Shown here one piece after another: positions 11,106-21,410 of a DNA stretch of 64,000 bases; positions within the stretch are counted from its first letter, which is position 1; the number at the start of each line of letters is the position of its first letter. The stretch comes from Desulfobacteraceae bacterium. GTDB lineage: Bacteria > Desulfobacterota > Desulfobacteria > Desulfobacterales > UBA5852. Location: contig JABZFP010000019.1 in NCBI GenBank assembly GCA_014237395.1, positions 64,756 to 128,755 on the forward strand. The letters run 5' to 3'. A program made the translations under genes and the position numbers. The notes beneath the pieces were generated by a model. That model saw only the letters and a program-made list of their open reading frames with translations. It did no database searches and was not told where the DNA came from.

Positions 11106-11286
11106 GGCGCCTGCTTAAGGGAAAACAGTTTCGAACTGAACGACCATGCAGTTTCCGAGGCCGAGTTATATATTGAAATCTGACCGATGGCATGCTATGC
11201 ACCCAAGCTTGAGTTGATGGGGTCCGCACGAATGGATTTCGCTCATCGCTTCATCCACCGAAGAGACAAACTAAAAGGAGGTTGTC

Positions 11287-12459
11287 ATGCGAAAAGGCTT
11301 TCTGGCACTTGTAGCAGTCCTTGTTTTGGGGTTGGCCCTGGCACCCTGCGGCTTGGCCGCACAGAAAACGATCAAGATTGGGATCAATGCACCGATTACC
11401 GGGGATATTCCCAAGGTTGGTGAAGGTTCCAAATACGCCGCGGAAATGTGGTTGGAAGATATCAAAGCGGCCGGCGGCCTTGACGTTGGTGGCGTCAAGT
11501 ACGATGTCGAAGTGATCATCGAAGACAATGAATCCAAACCCGAGTCGGCTGCCAAAGCGGCGACCAAGCTGATCACCGAGGATGAAGTGCTGGCCATCGT
11601 GGGGCCGCAATCTTCCGCCCAGGCCATTCCGGCCGGTGAAATGGCCAACAACTTCGGCACACCCATGATCAGCCCCTGGTCCACCAATCCGGATACGACC
11701 AAAGACCGTCCCTTCGTTTTCCGGGGCTGTTTCCTGGATCCTTTCCAGGGACCGGTGGTGGCAAACTTTATCAAGGAAGAGTTCGGCTTCACCAAGGCGG
11801 CGGTTCTTTACGACGTCGCCAGCGACTATCCCAAAGGGCTGGCGGAAGTTTTCAAAGAAGCCTGGGAAAAAAACAACGGGCCTGGTTCCGTGGTGGCTTT
11901 TGAGAGCTTCACAACCAAGGATGCCGACTTCAGCTCCCAGCTGACCAACATCATCAACTCCGGCGCGGAAGTCCTGTTTACGCCCCAGTACTACAACGAA
12001 GTGGCCCTGATCGTTCAGCAGGCCCACGAGTTGGGCTGGAAGAACCCGATTGTTGGCAGCGACAGCTGGGGATCGGCGGAAACGGTCAAACTCTGTGGTG
12101 AAGAGTGCTACGGTCTGTTTTTCACCACTCACTATGCCGCGGCCGGTGCCACGGGCGCTACCAAGGCATTCATCGATCGCTATAACCAGAAGTATGGCTA
12201 CGTTCCGGACGATGTCGGTGCATTGACCTGGGATTCCCTTCGCATCGTGCAGGCCGCTATCCAGGGCACGGGCGGATTGAGCGGCGATTTGAAAAAAGAC
12301 CGTGAAGCTGTCAAGGATGCGATGGCCAACATCAAAGAGTTCGATGGCATCACTGGTAAAATGACCTTTACGCCTGACGGCGATCCGATCAAGTGTGCCG
12401 TCATCGTTCGTATCAGCGACAAGGGTGAATTCGAGTTTTATAAATCAGTTTGCCCGTAG
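11287..12459 (+). CDS. Branched-chain amino-acid ABC transporter substrate-binding protein (LivK/LivJ-like)
   Basis: AAAGGAGG RBS and signal peptide MRKGFLALVAVLVLGLALAPCGLAA. Type-1 periplasmic binding fold pattern (IKIGINAPITGD..., VLAIVGPQSS). Followed by livHMGF-type genes. Confidence 0.9.
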   Translation: MRKGFLALVAVLVLGLALAPCGLAAQKTIKIGINAPITGDIPKVGEGSKYAAEMWLEDIKAAGGLDVGGVKYDVEVIIEDNESKPESAAKAATKLITEDEVLAIVGPQSSAQAIPAGEMANNFGTPMISPWSTNPDTTKDRPFVFRGCFLDPFQGPVVANFIKEEFGFTKAAVLYDVASDYPKGLAEVFKEAWEKNNGPGSVVAFESFTTKDADFSSQLTNIINSGAEVLFTPQYYNEVALIVQQAHELGWKNPIVGSDSWGSAETVKLCGEECYGLFFTTHYAAAGATGATKAFIDRYNQKYGYVPDDVGALTWDSLRIVQAAIQGTGGLSGDLKKDREAVKDAMANIKEFDGITGKMTFTPDGDPIKCAVIVRISDKGEFEFYKSVCP

Positions 12460-12553
12460 ATTAGTCTGTTCGTCGTGGTCGGTCGTCGGAATTCAGACGC
12501 CGACCGCGACACCATATGTGAGATTACGCTTTCCGCACGGGAAAGCGAATGAC

Positions 12554-12585
12554 GGGCGCAGCGATTCACCTGCGCCCGCCTTTTT
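12554..12585 (+). terminator. Intrinsic terminator/attenuator between the SBP gene and the permease genes
   Basis: GGGCGCAG (12554-12561), an 8-nt loop, CTGCGCCC (12570-12577), then GCC TTTTT (12581-12585). Two further hairpins lie upstream at 12478-12550. Confidence 0.7.
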
Positions 12586-12609
12586 GAGAGAAGACGAGGA
12601 GTTCACTCG

Positions 12610-13533
12610 ATGCAGTTATTTCTCCAGAATCTGATCAATGCCCTGCAGTGGGGCAGTTTTTATGCCTTGATCGCCTTGGGGTATTCGATGGTCTACGGTA
12701 TCCTGATGCTGTTCAATTTCGCCCACGGTGATATTTTCATGGTCGGCGCCTATATCGGCTTCGGCGTGGCCACGGGGTTGACGGCACTGGCCGCCATGGG
12801 GACGCTGGCGTTGCCCAACTGGGTCATTCTGGTATTGACCATTCTGATTTCCATGTTCCTGACATCGTTTGTGGGCATGCTGGTGGAGCGCATCGGCTAC
12901 CGCCCGCTGCGTGAAGCACCACGGGCGTCGGCGGCCATTACCGGACTTATGATCGGTATCATCCTGGAGACCGGCAACCTGGCGATATTGGGAGCCGAGC
13001 GCATTCGATTTCCATCTCTGATCAAATCGACCACCTACGATTTGGGCGGGGTCTTTGTCACCAATAAAAAGATCATGATCGTGGTGGTTTCACTGGTCTT
13101 GATGCTGGCCTTGAATGAGTTTATTCGCCGCACACGCTGGGGCATGGCCATGCGCGCCATGGCCTTTGACTATGTGGTGATTCCGCTGATGGGGGTGCCG
13201 CTGAATACGATTGCCAGTCTGACCTTTGCGCTGGGGTCGGGGTTGGCGGCGGCAGCCGGCATCATGTTTGCCATCGCCTATCCCGTGCTGGATCCTTATA
13301 TCGGAATCATATATGGTTGGAAGGCTTTTGTGGCCGCCATTCTGGGAGGGAGAGGGTCTGTCAAAGGGGCTTGTCTGGCAGGGTTTCTCCTGGGGTTTAT
13401 CGAGATCTTTGTGGGCGCCTACATGCCGTCCTCGGTCCGTGATCTGATCGCCTATTCCATCATCCTCTTGATCCTGGTTTTTCGGCCCCATGGCTTTTTC
13501 GGGGAGCCACACAGCGCAAAGCTGCGGCTATAG
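12610..13533 (+). CDS. livH: Branched-chain amino-acid ABC transporter permease (LivH-like)
   Basis: 307-aa polytopic membrane protein. N-terminus MQLFLQNLINALQWGSFYALIALGYSMVYG is typical of LivH. Operon context. Confidence 0.9.
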   Translation: MQLFLQNLINALQWGSFYALIALGYSMVYGILMLFNFAHGDIFMVGAYIGFGVATGLTALAAMGTLALPNWVILVLTILISMFLTSFVGMLVERIGYRPLREAPRASAAITGLMIGIILETGNLAILGAERIRFPSLIKSTTYDLGGVFVTNKKIMIVVVSLVLMLALNEFIRRTRWGMAMRAMAFDYVVIPLMGVPLNTIASLTFALGSGLAAAAGIMFAIAYPVLDPYIGIIYGWKAFVAAILGGRGSVKGACLAGFLLGFIEIFVGAYMPSSVRDLIAYSIILLILVFRPHGFFGEPHSAKLRL

Positions 13534-13594
13534 AGCGACATGCGGTGAGTGTTCGATATAAGTTTCTGTTACTGCGATTGAACGAGGGTTCACT

Positions 13595-14902
13595 ATGGTA
13601 GAAAAAAATAGCGCATCGCCGGGCAACCCGCCGAAACGCTTTCTTCGGTTAAGGCAGTTTTTAGGTGATGTCCCCCTGCTGGCCTGGCTGTTTGGCGGGT
13701 TGATTTCCGTGTTGATTGAACAACAGGTTGGCGAGCGTTTGGCAAACCTCCTGGGGCTGCCCAAGATTCCCGTTCTGTTCGGATTCATGCTGGCCATGAA
13801 AGAACCGTTATTGTTGCCCGGTGCGCTGGCGTATGTTCTGGTGCTTTACATTTTAACGATTGTACTGATTGGAAAAATTACGGCGCGACCCTTCAACCTG
13901 ATGGCGGCCAAGATGATCCAGTGGCCCATCGCGATCCCGGTCATCCTGCACCTCGTCGTTTTATACGCGATAATGCATTTCTGGGCCGATATCAGTCTGT
14001 ACCGCGAGCTTACGCTCAAACTGACACTGATCGCCATCATGCTGACCCTCAGCTTGAACATTATCAACGGATACATGGGGGAATTTTCCTGCTCGCATCC
14101 CGGATTTATGTCGCTTGGCGCTTACGGGGCCTCCGCCGTCATGGTTCTGTTCTTTGTCAATGACCGGCTGTTCGGTGACGCCATCCTGCCGGAGGTCTTG
14201 GGCCCCTTTCTTTTTCCGTTGGCGTTGATCCTGGGAGGGATTGTGGCGGCCCTGGGGGCACTCTTGATCGCGATCCCGTCCTTTAAAACCCGCGGGGATT
14301 ATCTGGCCATTATTTCGCTGGCGTTCATGTTCATCGTTAAAAGCCTGTTCGAAAATTTGCAGTTCCTGGGAGGCGCACGAGGTCTTAAAGGGCAACCGGA
14401 TTTGGCGAACCTGCCAACGGTGTTCATCTGGTTGGTCATCTGCGTGTGGGTGATCAACAATTTCGTGCGCTCCACCATGGGGAAAGCCTTGAATGCGGTA
14501 CGGGATGACGAGTTGGCGGCCGAAGCCATGACGGTGAATACCCGCCGCACTAAAATGGTGGCCTTTCTTTTTGCCGCTTTCTGGGCCGGGGTGGCCGGCG
14601 GGCTCTTCGCCCATACCGTCCGTTTCATCAACCCCAACACCTTCGGGGTGCAGCGCCTGGCGGAAATCCTGGCCATGGTGTATTTCGGCGGATTGAACTC
14701 GGTTTACGGCTCGATCGTGGGCGCGGTGAGTCTCAACCTGCTCGGCGAAATGCTGCGTCCTCTGGCCCTGTTCAAATGGATCATCATTCCGCTCCTGCTT
14801 ATTTTGATCATGATCTATCGACCCACCGGACTGGTGGCGTTTAAGGAATTTGATGTCCGCAAACTGATTCAACCCAAGCGGAAACCGGAAAAAGAGGTAT
14901 AG
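13595..14902 (+). CDS. livM: Branched-chain amino-acid ABC transporter permease (LivM-like, with N-terminal extension)
   Basis: Core motifs LSLNIINGYMGEFSCSHPGFMSLGAYG and RGDYLAIISLAF are LivM-like. About 100 extra N-terminal residues containing TM helices. Confidence 0.88.
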   Translation: MVEKNSASPGNPPKRFLRLRQFLGDVPLLAWLFGGLISVLIEQQVGERLANLLGLPKIPVLFGFMLAMKEPLLLPGALAYVLVLYILTIVLIGKITARPFNLMAAKMIQWPIAIPVILHLVVLYAIMHFWADISLYRELTLKLTLIAIMLTLSLNIINGYMGEFSCSHPGFMSLGAYGASAVMVLFFVNDRLFGDAILPEVLGPFLFPLALILGGIVAALGALLIAIPSFKTRGDYLAIISLAFMFIVKSLFENLQFLGGARGLKGQPDLANLPTVFIWLVICVWVINNFVRSTMGKALNAVRDDELAAEAMTVNTRRTKMVAFLFAAFWAGVAGGLFAHTVRFINPNTFGVQRLAEILAMVYFGGLNSVYGSIVGAVSLNLLGEMLRPLALFKWIIIPLLLILIMIYRPTGLVAFKEFDVRKLIQPKRKPEKEV

Positions 14903-14903
14903 C

Positions 14904-15674
14904 ATGCCGTTGCTTCAAGTGGAGAATATGACCCATTATTTTGGGGGACTGCGGGCAGTTCACAATTTCAATCTGGAAATCGAACCGGGGCAGATCCGGG
15001 CCCTGATCGGACCGAACGGTGCCGGCAAAACCACCATTTTCAACCTGATGACGGGGATCTATACCCCCACGGAGGGGCGCATCATTCTGGACGGCCAAAA
15101 CATCGTCGGCCTGCAGCCCCATTCCGTGGCGTCCCGAGGATTGGGGCGGACATTCCAGAACCTGTGTCTCTGGCGCCACATGACCGTTCTGGAGCACGTC
15201 ATGATGGCGCGATACTCGCGTCTGACCTACGGCCTGGTTGGCGCTTTTTTTGGTACAGCGTTGCGTAATCGCGAAGAAGCGGCCAGCAAGGCCAAAGCCA
15301 TGGAATTGCTGGATCTGATGGATATCGCCCATCTGGCGGATCAAACCGTTACCAATCTTCCTTACGGCGCCCAGCGCCGGGTCGAGATGGCCCGTGCTCT
15401 GGCCAGCGAACCCAAGATTCTTTTTCTGGACGAACCGACGGTCGGCATGACCCCCGAAGAACTGGACCAGATGCTGGGGATTATCCGCACACTTCATCGG
15501 GACCTGGGATTGGCGATCTATCTCATCGAACACCGGTTGAAAATTGTCATGGAACTTTGCGAAAGAATCCAGACCCTCGTTTTCGGTGAGGTGATCGCGG
15601 AAGGAACCCCGGAGGAAATCCAGAAAAACCCCAAGGTGATTGAAGCCTATTTGGGCAAGGAGGCGGTGCATTAA
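14904..15674 (+). CDS. livG: Branched-chain amino-acid ABC transporter ATP-binding protein (LivG-like)
   Basis: Walker A GPNGAGKTT, signature LPYGAQRRVE, Walker B ILFLDEP. Confidence 0.93.
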   Translation: MPLLQVENMTHYFGGLRAVHNFNLEIEPGQIRALIGPNGAGKTTIFNLMTGIYTPTEGRIILDGQNIVGLQPHSVASRGLGRTFQNLCLWRHMTVLEHVMMARYSRLTYGLVGAFFGTALRNREEAASKAKAMELLDLMDIAHLADQTVTNLPYGAQRRVEMARALASEPKILFLDEPTVGMTPEELDQMLGIIRTLHRDLGLAIYLIEHRLKIVMELCERIQTLVFGEVIAEGTPEEIQKNPKVIEAYLGKEAVH

Positions 15675-16387
15675 TGCTAACGGTCGAGAATCTGAAAGTA
15701 TCCTATGGCAATATCAAGGCCCTGCACGGAATCGACTTCACCATTGATGCGGGCGAAATCATCTGTATCATCGGTGCCAATGGCGCCGGCAAAAGCACCA
15801 CCCTTTGGGCCATATCACGGTTGGTCAAAGTTGAAGACGGCACCCGGATGACTTACGACGGTAAAAACCTGTTGGAATATCCGGCGGACAAAGTCGTCAG
15901 CGAGTTGGGGATCACGCACGTTCCGGAAGGACGTCGTCTGTTCGGCAATCTGACCGTCATGGAAAACTTGAGATTGGCAACCTTTGCGCGGCGGGATGCG
16001 GAGCAGATCGAAAAAGACCTGGATCGGATGTTCGGCATTTTCCCTCGTTTGAAAGAACGTGAAAGCCAGAAATCCGGGACGCTGAGCGGCGGGGAACAGC
16101 AGATGCTGGCCATTGCCCGGGCCTTCATGAGCGGGCGTAAGATCATGCTCCTGGATGAGCCATCCATGGGGTTGGCACCCCTTCTCATGATGGATGTTTT
16201 TGACGCCCTCAAAGAAATCAACCAGCAGGAGGGCACGGCCATTATGCTCGTGGAGCAGAATGCCCGCCTGGCACTGCAGTTTTCAACGCGCGGATACGTG
16301 CTGGAAAACGGAAATCTTGTTCTGGAAGGTAAATCTTCGGAATTGCTGAACGACCCCGAGGTGCAGAAAGCCTACCTCGGCGGATGA
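15674..16387 (+). CDS. livF: Branched-chain amino-acid ABC transporter ATP-binding protein (LivF-like)
   Basis: TAATG overlap with livG. Walker A GANGAGKST, signature LSGGEQQML, Walker B IMLLDEPS. Confidence 0.93.
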   Translation: MLTVENLKVSYGNIKALHGIDFTIDAGEIICIIGANGAGKSTTLWAISRLVKVEDGTRMTYDGKNLLEYPADKVVSELGITHVPEGRRLFGNLTVMENLRLATFARRDAEQIEKDLDRMFGIFPRLKERESQKSGTLSGGEQQMLAIARAFMSGRKIMLLDEPSMGLAPLLMMDVFDALKEINQQEGTAIMLVEQNARLALQFSTRGYVLENGNLVLEGKSSELLNDPEVQKAYLGG

Positions 16388-16415
16388 CCCGTATGGATTG
16401 CTGCTGATGCAACTA

Positions 16416-16452
16416 CCGCCCGTGTGCTGAAGGCCCCGGGCGGTTTCTGTTT
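16416..16452 (+). terminator. Probable intrinsic terminator after livF
   Basis: CCGCCCG (16416-16422) pairs with CGGGCGG (16437-16443) and is followed by TTTCTGTTT. The loop is rather long at 14 nt. Confidence 0.5.
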
Positions 16453-16589
16453 GGGGAGCAGGACTTGCCAAGTCATCGGCGGTTCCTATTATTGGATGGA
16501 CGACTCAAACCAGGCACGGCCTCAAGACGACCACAACGATACGACGGGATGACGTGATCTCGTTCCAACCGATTTTTCAGGAGAATAGC

Positions 16590-17513
16590 ATGGAGTTTCA
16601 ACATGGCGCTATCGTATTCGCATCCCTGGCCGCAGATGCACTCGCGCTCGGTGCCCACTGGATTTACGATACCGGTCAAATTGATGCCCAGGTCGGGCGG
16701 GTGGACACCTTACGGGCACCGTTGCCCACGTCATTTCACAAGACCAAGACCAGGGGTGACCTGACCCATTACGGCGATCAAACCGTTGTCTTGCTGAACG
16801 CTCTGGCCGAATCCGGTGGTTTCTCAGAGGACGTCTTTGCCCGGATGTGGCGAGAGCTGCTTGCCGCTGATTACAACGGGTATCGCGATCACGCGACCAA
16901 GGAAACGCTGAAACAATTTGAAGAGGGGCGTCTCTTGGCGGATATCGGTTCATCCTCCTCGGATCTTGGTGGGGCGGCGCGCATTGCGCCCCTGGTCTAT
17001 TTTTACAGGAACGACACGGATGCCATGGTGGCCGCCGCAAGGCGGCAGACCGCCATGACACACCGCAACACGGACGTGATCGACAGTGCCGCTTTTTTTG
17101 CGCAGGTGACGGCGGCTGTTCTGGGGGGACAGGAACCAACAGCCGCGCTGCAGGATGTGGCCCGCTTGGGTTTTGATCGCCCCCCCTTTAAGCACTGGGT
17201 CTCCGAAGGCCTGGGCAGTCATACGCGCGACACCCGGGCCGCCATAGGACAATTCGGACAGGCGTGTGACGTATCGGCCGGATTCCCTGGTGTCGTCCAT
17301 TTGATTGCCAAGTATCAGGATAATCCGCGTGACGGGCTGGTTGAAAACGTTATGGCAGGGGGAGATTCCGCTGCCCGCGGTTTGCTTGCCGGGATGGTCT
17401 TCGGGGCTTATTGCGGGATGGATGCGATCCCCCAAGAGTGGGTGGCCGACTTAAACAGCAGGGGGGTGATCGAACGCTGTCTCAAGGGGCTGGAGCATCC
17501 ACAAGCGGAATGA
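16590..17513 (+). CDS. ADP-ribosylglycohydrolase family protein
   Basis: CAGGAG RBS. N-terminal GAIVFASLAADALALGAHWIYD and C-terminal GGDSAARGLLAGMVFGAYCGMDAIPQEW match the ARH family pattern. Confidence 0.8.
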   Translation: MEFQHGAIVFASLAADALALGAHWIYDTGQIDAQVGRVDTLRAPLPTSFHKTKTRGDLTHYGDQTVVLLNALAESGGFSEDVFARMWRELLAADYNGYRDHATKETLKQFEEGRLLADIGSSSSDLGGAARIAPLVYFYRNDTDAMVAAARRQTAMTHRNTDVIDSAAFFAQVTAAVLGGQEPTAALQDVARLGFDRPPFKHWVSEGLGSHTRDTRAAIGQFGQACDVSAGFPGVVHLIAKYQDNPRDGLVENVMAGGDSAARGLLAGMVFGAYCGMDAIPQEWVADLNSRGVIERCLKGLEHPQAE

Positions 17514-17682
17514 TGCTGGGATGGTGAACAGGTTTTCCAGATTCACATCATACATACCACAAGACCGCTGTGATCTTCTACGGTATAGCGATGATTCAAG
17601 TTGGAAACGGTGTGAAAAAGGAGGGCATTGTGGCGGCATCGAATGACCTGAACTGCCGGAATATGGTCTGAGGTCACGCGAT

Positions 17683-18105
17683 ATGAAATGGCTTCTTGCA
17701 GCTCTGGCGCTTTTGTATGCGGTGAGTCCCTATGACCTGTTTCCCGACCTGATTGTTGGCTGGGGGTGGCTGGATGACATTATTGTGCTGGGTTTGATCT
17801 GGCACCTGTTTTTCAGGCGCCAGGGGGAAACTTCCGGACAGCCGGCATCAGACGGAAATCGCGATTCAGAAGGAGCACAGGATCGTTCGCAACGGTTTGC
17901 ATCGGATCAGACCGCGGATCCTTATACGATTCTGGGGGTACCGGAAGGGGCCAGCCAAGAGGATATCCGGGCGGCCTATCGGCAATTGGCCGCCCAGTAT
18001 CACCCGGACAAATTGGCGCATTTAGGGGAAGAATTTCAGATCTTGGCCGAACAAAAATTCAAGGCCATCCAGTCGGCCTACGATACGCTGCGGCATCGCC
18101 GGTAA
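17683..18105 (+). CDS. Membrane-anchored J-domain protein (DUF1232/YkvA-like N-terminus + DnaJ domain)
   Basis: The N-terminus (YAVSPYDLFPDLIVGWGWLDDIIVLGLIW) resembles DUF1232. The C-terminal J domain is DPYTILGVPEGASQEDIRAAYRQLAAQYHPDK, with an HPD motif. Confidence 0.8.
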   Translation: MKWLLAALALLYAVSPYDLFPDLIVGWGWLDDIIVLGLIWHLFFRRQGETSGQPASDGNRDSEGAQDRSQRFASDQTADPYTILGVPEGASQEDIRAAYRQLAAQYHPDKLAHLGEEFQILAEQKFKAIQSAYDTLRHRR

Positions 18106-18118
18106 TTCCCGCAAGGTA

Positions 18119-18820
18119 TTATTCGGGTTCGTTTATAAGCATCGTGGCCGGGTCAAAACGGACCGCCGTGTCGCGGGGCGGCGTCTCAAGGCCCTTTAGA
18201 ATGCGGATATGGATGTCCTCGCCGTCCGGCACCAGTTGAACGGACACATCGAAAAGGTCCTGCAACGATGCCATCTGGGGCGGCATGCCATCCGGCGTAG
18301 GCGCTTCATGGCGGTGCGTGCGAACGGTGAACCAGCAGCGTACACCGGTGGCCGCGCTCAGATCCTTCAAGTCCTTGATCAGATCACGGACATCGTTATC
18401 GAAGGGGACGCCGTCCACGATAAGGGTGTGGGGACGGAAAATGTTTTGCTCGATCAGGTCTGTCATACGCTCTTTAAGCTTCGGCACACTGAAGCCCTCC
18501 ACCTTGAACGTCATGATGAACCGGCGGGGCAGCAGATCGTCCCAAAGGGGCGCGGAGACTTGCACATTACGTTTTTCAGCCAGAAGGTTAAAAACTTCCC
18601 GATACCAGAGCGTGACTTTTTCAACGGGATCGTCCAGGCTGATGTGCAGGATGTTGCGGTCCCGAAGCATGGTATGCAGTGCAATCTGAACCAGGAAGGC
18701 GGTTTTGCCGATGCCCGCCCGGGCCAGGACGGCGCCAAACGATCCGTCCGGCAAGCTGTCTTCCGAAGTCAGCCCCAACTGATGGAGGGGATTTCTTAGA
18801 AGCAAATCTTTTTTCATCAT
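18119..18820 (-). CDS. Small RecA-superfamily (KaiC/RadA-like) ATPase
   Basis: ORF trimmed to the ATGATG at 18820, which has an AAAGGA RBS. Walker A LARAGIGKTAF, Walker B-like HTLIVDG. 234 aa, single domain. Confidence 0.65.
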   Translation of the reverse strand: MMKKDLLLRNPLHQLGLTSEDSLPDGSFGAVLARAGIGKTAFLVQIALHTMLRDRNILHISLDDPVEKVTLWYREVFNLLAEKRNVQVSAPLWDDLLPRRFIMTFKVEGFSVPKLKERMTDLIEQNIFRPHTLIVDGVPFDNDVRDLIKDLKDLSAATGVRCWFTVRTHRHEAPTPDGMPPQMASLQDLFDVSVQLVPDGEDIHIRILKGLETPPRDTAVRFDPATMLINEPE

Positions 18821-19052
18821 GGTCAGGTTCCTTTCCCTGATGGAGATGACCTGCCCGACCGATTCCCATAACGGGTGCTGACTGCCTTCGGATGCTGATG
18901 TCGGTCCGGCGGGTGGCATCCGACGACCCTTGGCCGGTCGGATGATGTTTGATCCTATAACTTTAACCAATAATTTCTCCACGGAACATAAGCAACACCG
19001 GAAACCCCGTCATCGGATCGCCACTTCTCCCATGCGCCGCACGTCGGAGTCC

Positions 19053-21140
19053 TCAGGCAACGTTTTTCTTTTCTGCCTGACGCTGTTTCTCGAGCTCTTC
19101 AGCGACCGATTGCGGCACCTGACGGTAGGTGGCAAATTCCATGGTGAACTGGGCCTTACCCTGGGTCAGTGAGCGCAGCACAGTAGAATAACCAAACATC
19201 TCCGCGAGGGGTACCTGGGATTCGATGGCGCATTGGGTGCCTTCATCCTGGGAGCCTACAATCATGCCGCGCCGCTGGTTCAGCGACCCCATGGCAGACC
19301 CCTGGAATTCGGTGGGTGTTTCGACGACGACCTTCATGACCGGTTCCTGGATAACCGGTTTGGCCTTGAGATAGCCTTGCCGGAAAGCACCTCGGGCGGC
19401 CGCCTGAAACGCCATATCGGATGAATCCACCGCATGGGAGGCACCGTCGTTGATAACAACTTTGACGCCGGTGACCGGAAATTCCATTTTGGGTCCTTTA
19501 GACAGGCAGTTGCGGAATCCCTTTTCGCAGGCCGATATATACTGCGTGGGAATGGAGCCCCCCACGACCTTGCTTTCGAATTCAAAGTCGCCCTCGCCCA
19601 GGGGTTCCATATAACCGGCTATTCGAGCGAACTGGCCGGAACCGCCGGTTTGCTTCTTGTGTAAATAATCGAATTCCGCCTGGGCGGTGATGGTTTCGCG
19701 ATAGGCCACCTGAGGCTTACCGGTGGTGACGGCGGCCGCGTATTCACGTTTCATGCGTTCGACATAGACTTCGAGGTGAAGTTCACCCATGCCGGAAATG
19801 ATGGTGTCGCCGGTTTCTTCGCTGACAAACGTTCGGAAAGTGGGATCTTCCTTGGTGAAGCGGTTCAACGCCTTGGACATGTTGATTTCGGCTTTGTGGT
19901 CATTGGGCTTGATGGCCAGGGATATGACGGGTTCAGGGACATACATGGACGTCATGGTCAGGCTTTGGCCGGGAGCGACGAAAGTGTCTCCGGAAGCACA
20001 ATCGACGCCAAACAGCGCGCCAATGTATCCCGCCGGAATGATGTCGATTTCTTCCATCTGATTGGCGTGCATCCGTGCCAGTCGGCCGATTTTGACTTTT
20101 TTGCCCGTTCGAACGTTGACCACCGTATCACTTTTAGCCAACCGCCCCTGATAGACGCGGATATAGGTCAACTGACCATACTGTCCGTCTTCCAGTTTGA
20201 ACGCTAGCGCCACCAGCGGATCATCCTGTTTGACACTCAGGGTAATGGGGGTTTCATCGTGTTCGGTGTCCAGTGCGGTATTCTCGACGTCGGCGGGGCA
20301 GGGCAGGTAGCGGGTCACGGCATCCAGCAGGGGTTGAACCCCCTTGTTTTTATAGGCGGAACCGATAAGAACGGGGGTGATTCCCCGTTGCAGTACGCCT
20401 TCCCGTAGCGCTGTATAAATGAGTTCGACCGGAATATCCTGCTCTTCAAGGACCGCTTCCATCAAATCGTCTGAATACAAGGTGGCGGCATCAATGAGTT
20501 CCTCACGCCGCTGTGTGGCCTCTTCCCGCAATGCTTCGGGGATATCTTCAACGCGGAGCGTTTCACCGTTGTCACCATCAAAGTAAATGGCCTGCATGCG
20601 AACCAGATCGACAACGCCTTTAAAGTCGGCTTCCAAACCGATTGGGATTTGTAGGGGCACAGGTTTATGGCCAAGCTTTTCCTGCAACTGCCGAATCACG
20701 CGAAACGGGTTGGCACCACTGCGGTCACACTTGTTGATAAAGGCGATTGAGGGCACTTTGTAGCGCTTCATCTGCTGATCGACGGTGATCGACTGGGATT
20801 GGACACCGCCGACGGCGCACAGCACAAGAATACCGCCGTCGAGCACACGCAGGGAGCGCTCCACTTCAATGGTGAAATCCACGTGGCCGGGGGTGTCGAT
20901 GATGTTGATTTCGTGCCCCAACCATTCACAGTAGGTTGCCGCAGACGCAATGGTAATGCCCCGTTCCTTTTCCAACTCCATGGAATCCATGGTGGCGCCC
21001 ACGCCATCTTTTCCTTTGACGTCATGGATGGCATGAATGCGTTGGGTGTAGAACAGAATGCGTTCTGTCAGTGTGGTTTTACCGGAATCAATATGGGCAC
21101 TGATACCGATGTTTCTAACCTTTTGGATATCCGTTTTCAT
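19053..21140 (-). CDS. fusA: Elongation factor G paralogue (EF-G2-like), not in an rpsL-rpsG-fusA-tuf operon
   Basis: [35 protein letters not shown], and full five-domain length (695 aa). GAGGA RBS upstream of ATG 21140. Confidence 0.93.
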   Translation of the reverse strand: MKTDIQKVRNIGISAHIDSGKTTLTERILFYTQRIHAIHDVKGKDGVGATMDSMELEKERGITIASAATYCEWLGHEINIIDTPGHVDFTIEVERSLRVLDGGILVLCAVGGVQSQSITVDQQMKRYKVPSIAFINKCDRSGANPFRVIRQLQEKLGHKPVPLQIPIGLEADFKGVVDLVRMQAIYFDGDNGETLRVEDIPEALREEATQRREELIDAATLYSDDLMEAVLEEQDIPVELIYTALREGVLQRGITPVLIGSAYKNKGVQPLLDAVTRYLPCPADVENTALDTEHDETPITLSVKQDDPLVALAFKLEDGQYGQLTYIRVYQGRLAKSDTVVNVRTGKKVKIGRLARMHANQMEEIDIIPAGYIGALFGVDCASGDTFVAPGQSLTMTSMYVPEPVISLAIKPNDHKAEINMSKALNRFTKEDPTFRTFVSEETGDTIISGMGELHLEVYVERMKREYAAAVTTGKPQVAYRETITAQAEFDYLHKKQTGGSGQFARIAGYMEPLGEGDFEFESKVVGGSIPTQYISACEKGFRNCLSKGPKMEFPVTGVKVVINDGASHAVDSSDMAFQAAARGAFRQGYLKAKPVIQEPVMKVVVETPTEFQGSAMGSLNQRRGMIVGSQDEGTQCAIESQVPLAEMFGYSTVLRSLTQGKAQFTMEFATYRQVPQSVAEELEKQRQAEKKNVA

Positions 21141-21285
21141 GGTGCGATCCTCTAAGATAATAATCTGGAAGCAATTGCCAGGGTTCGATAGCCAGCACAT
21201 AGCGTTGCTGATGAAGCCATAAAAAAATCACCCGGACCATTGACCCGAGTGACATATATCTACAATGCTATAGTTGAAATAGGTA

Positions 21286-21313
21286 AATATATAATATTGT
21301 CATTGTTTGTCAA
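21286..21313 (-). promoter_or_regulatory. Candidate sigma-70 promoter for the EF-G paralogue (TTGACA-N16-TATATT)
   Basis: On the reverse complement: TTGACA (21313-21308), a 16-nt spacer, TATATT (21291-21286). It lies inside a very AT-rich divergent region and predicts a leader of about 140 nt. Confidence 0.5.
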
Positions 21314-21410
21314 CCAAAATATTGACTTAATCGGCATATTTTGATTTACCTGCGATGATAATCAACATGGATTTCATCTCGTTAACCTGTTGTCACGACA
21401 GAAAATAAGT

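Noticed and set aside
11188-11201. The sigma-54-like string TGGCATGCTATGCA upstream of the livK-like gene.
   Set aside because: The GG-to-GC spacing is two nt too short for a -24/-12 element (the GC falls at positions 12-13 instead of 14-15). It is likely a chance match.
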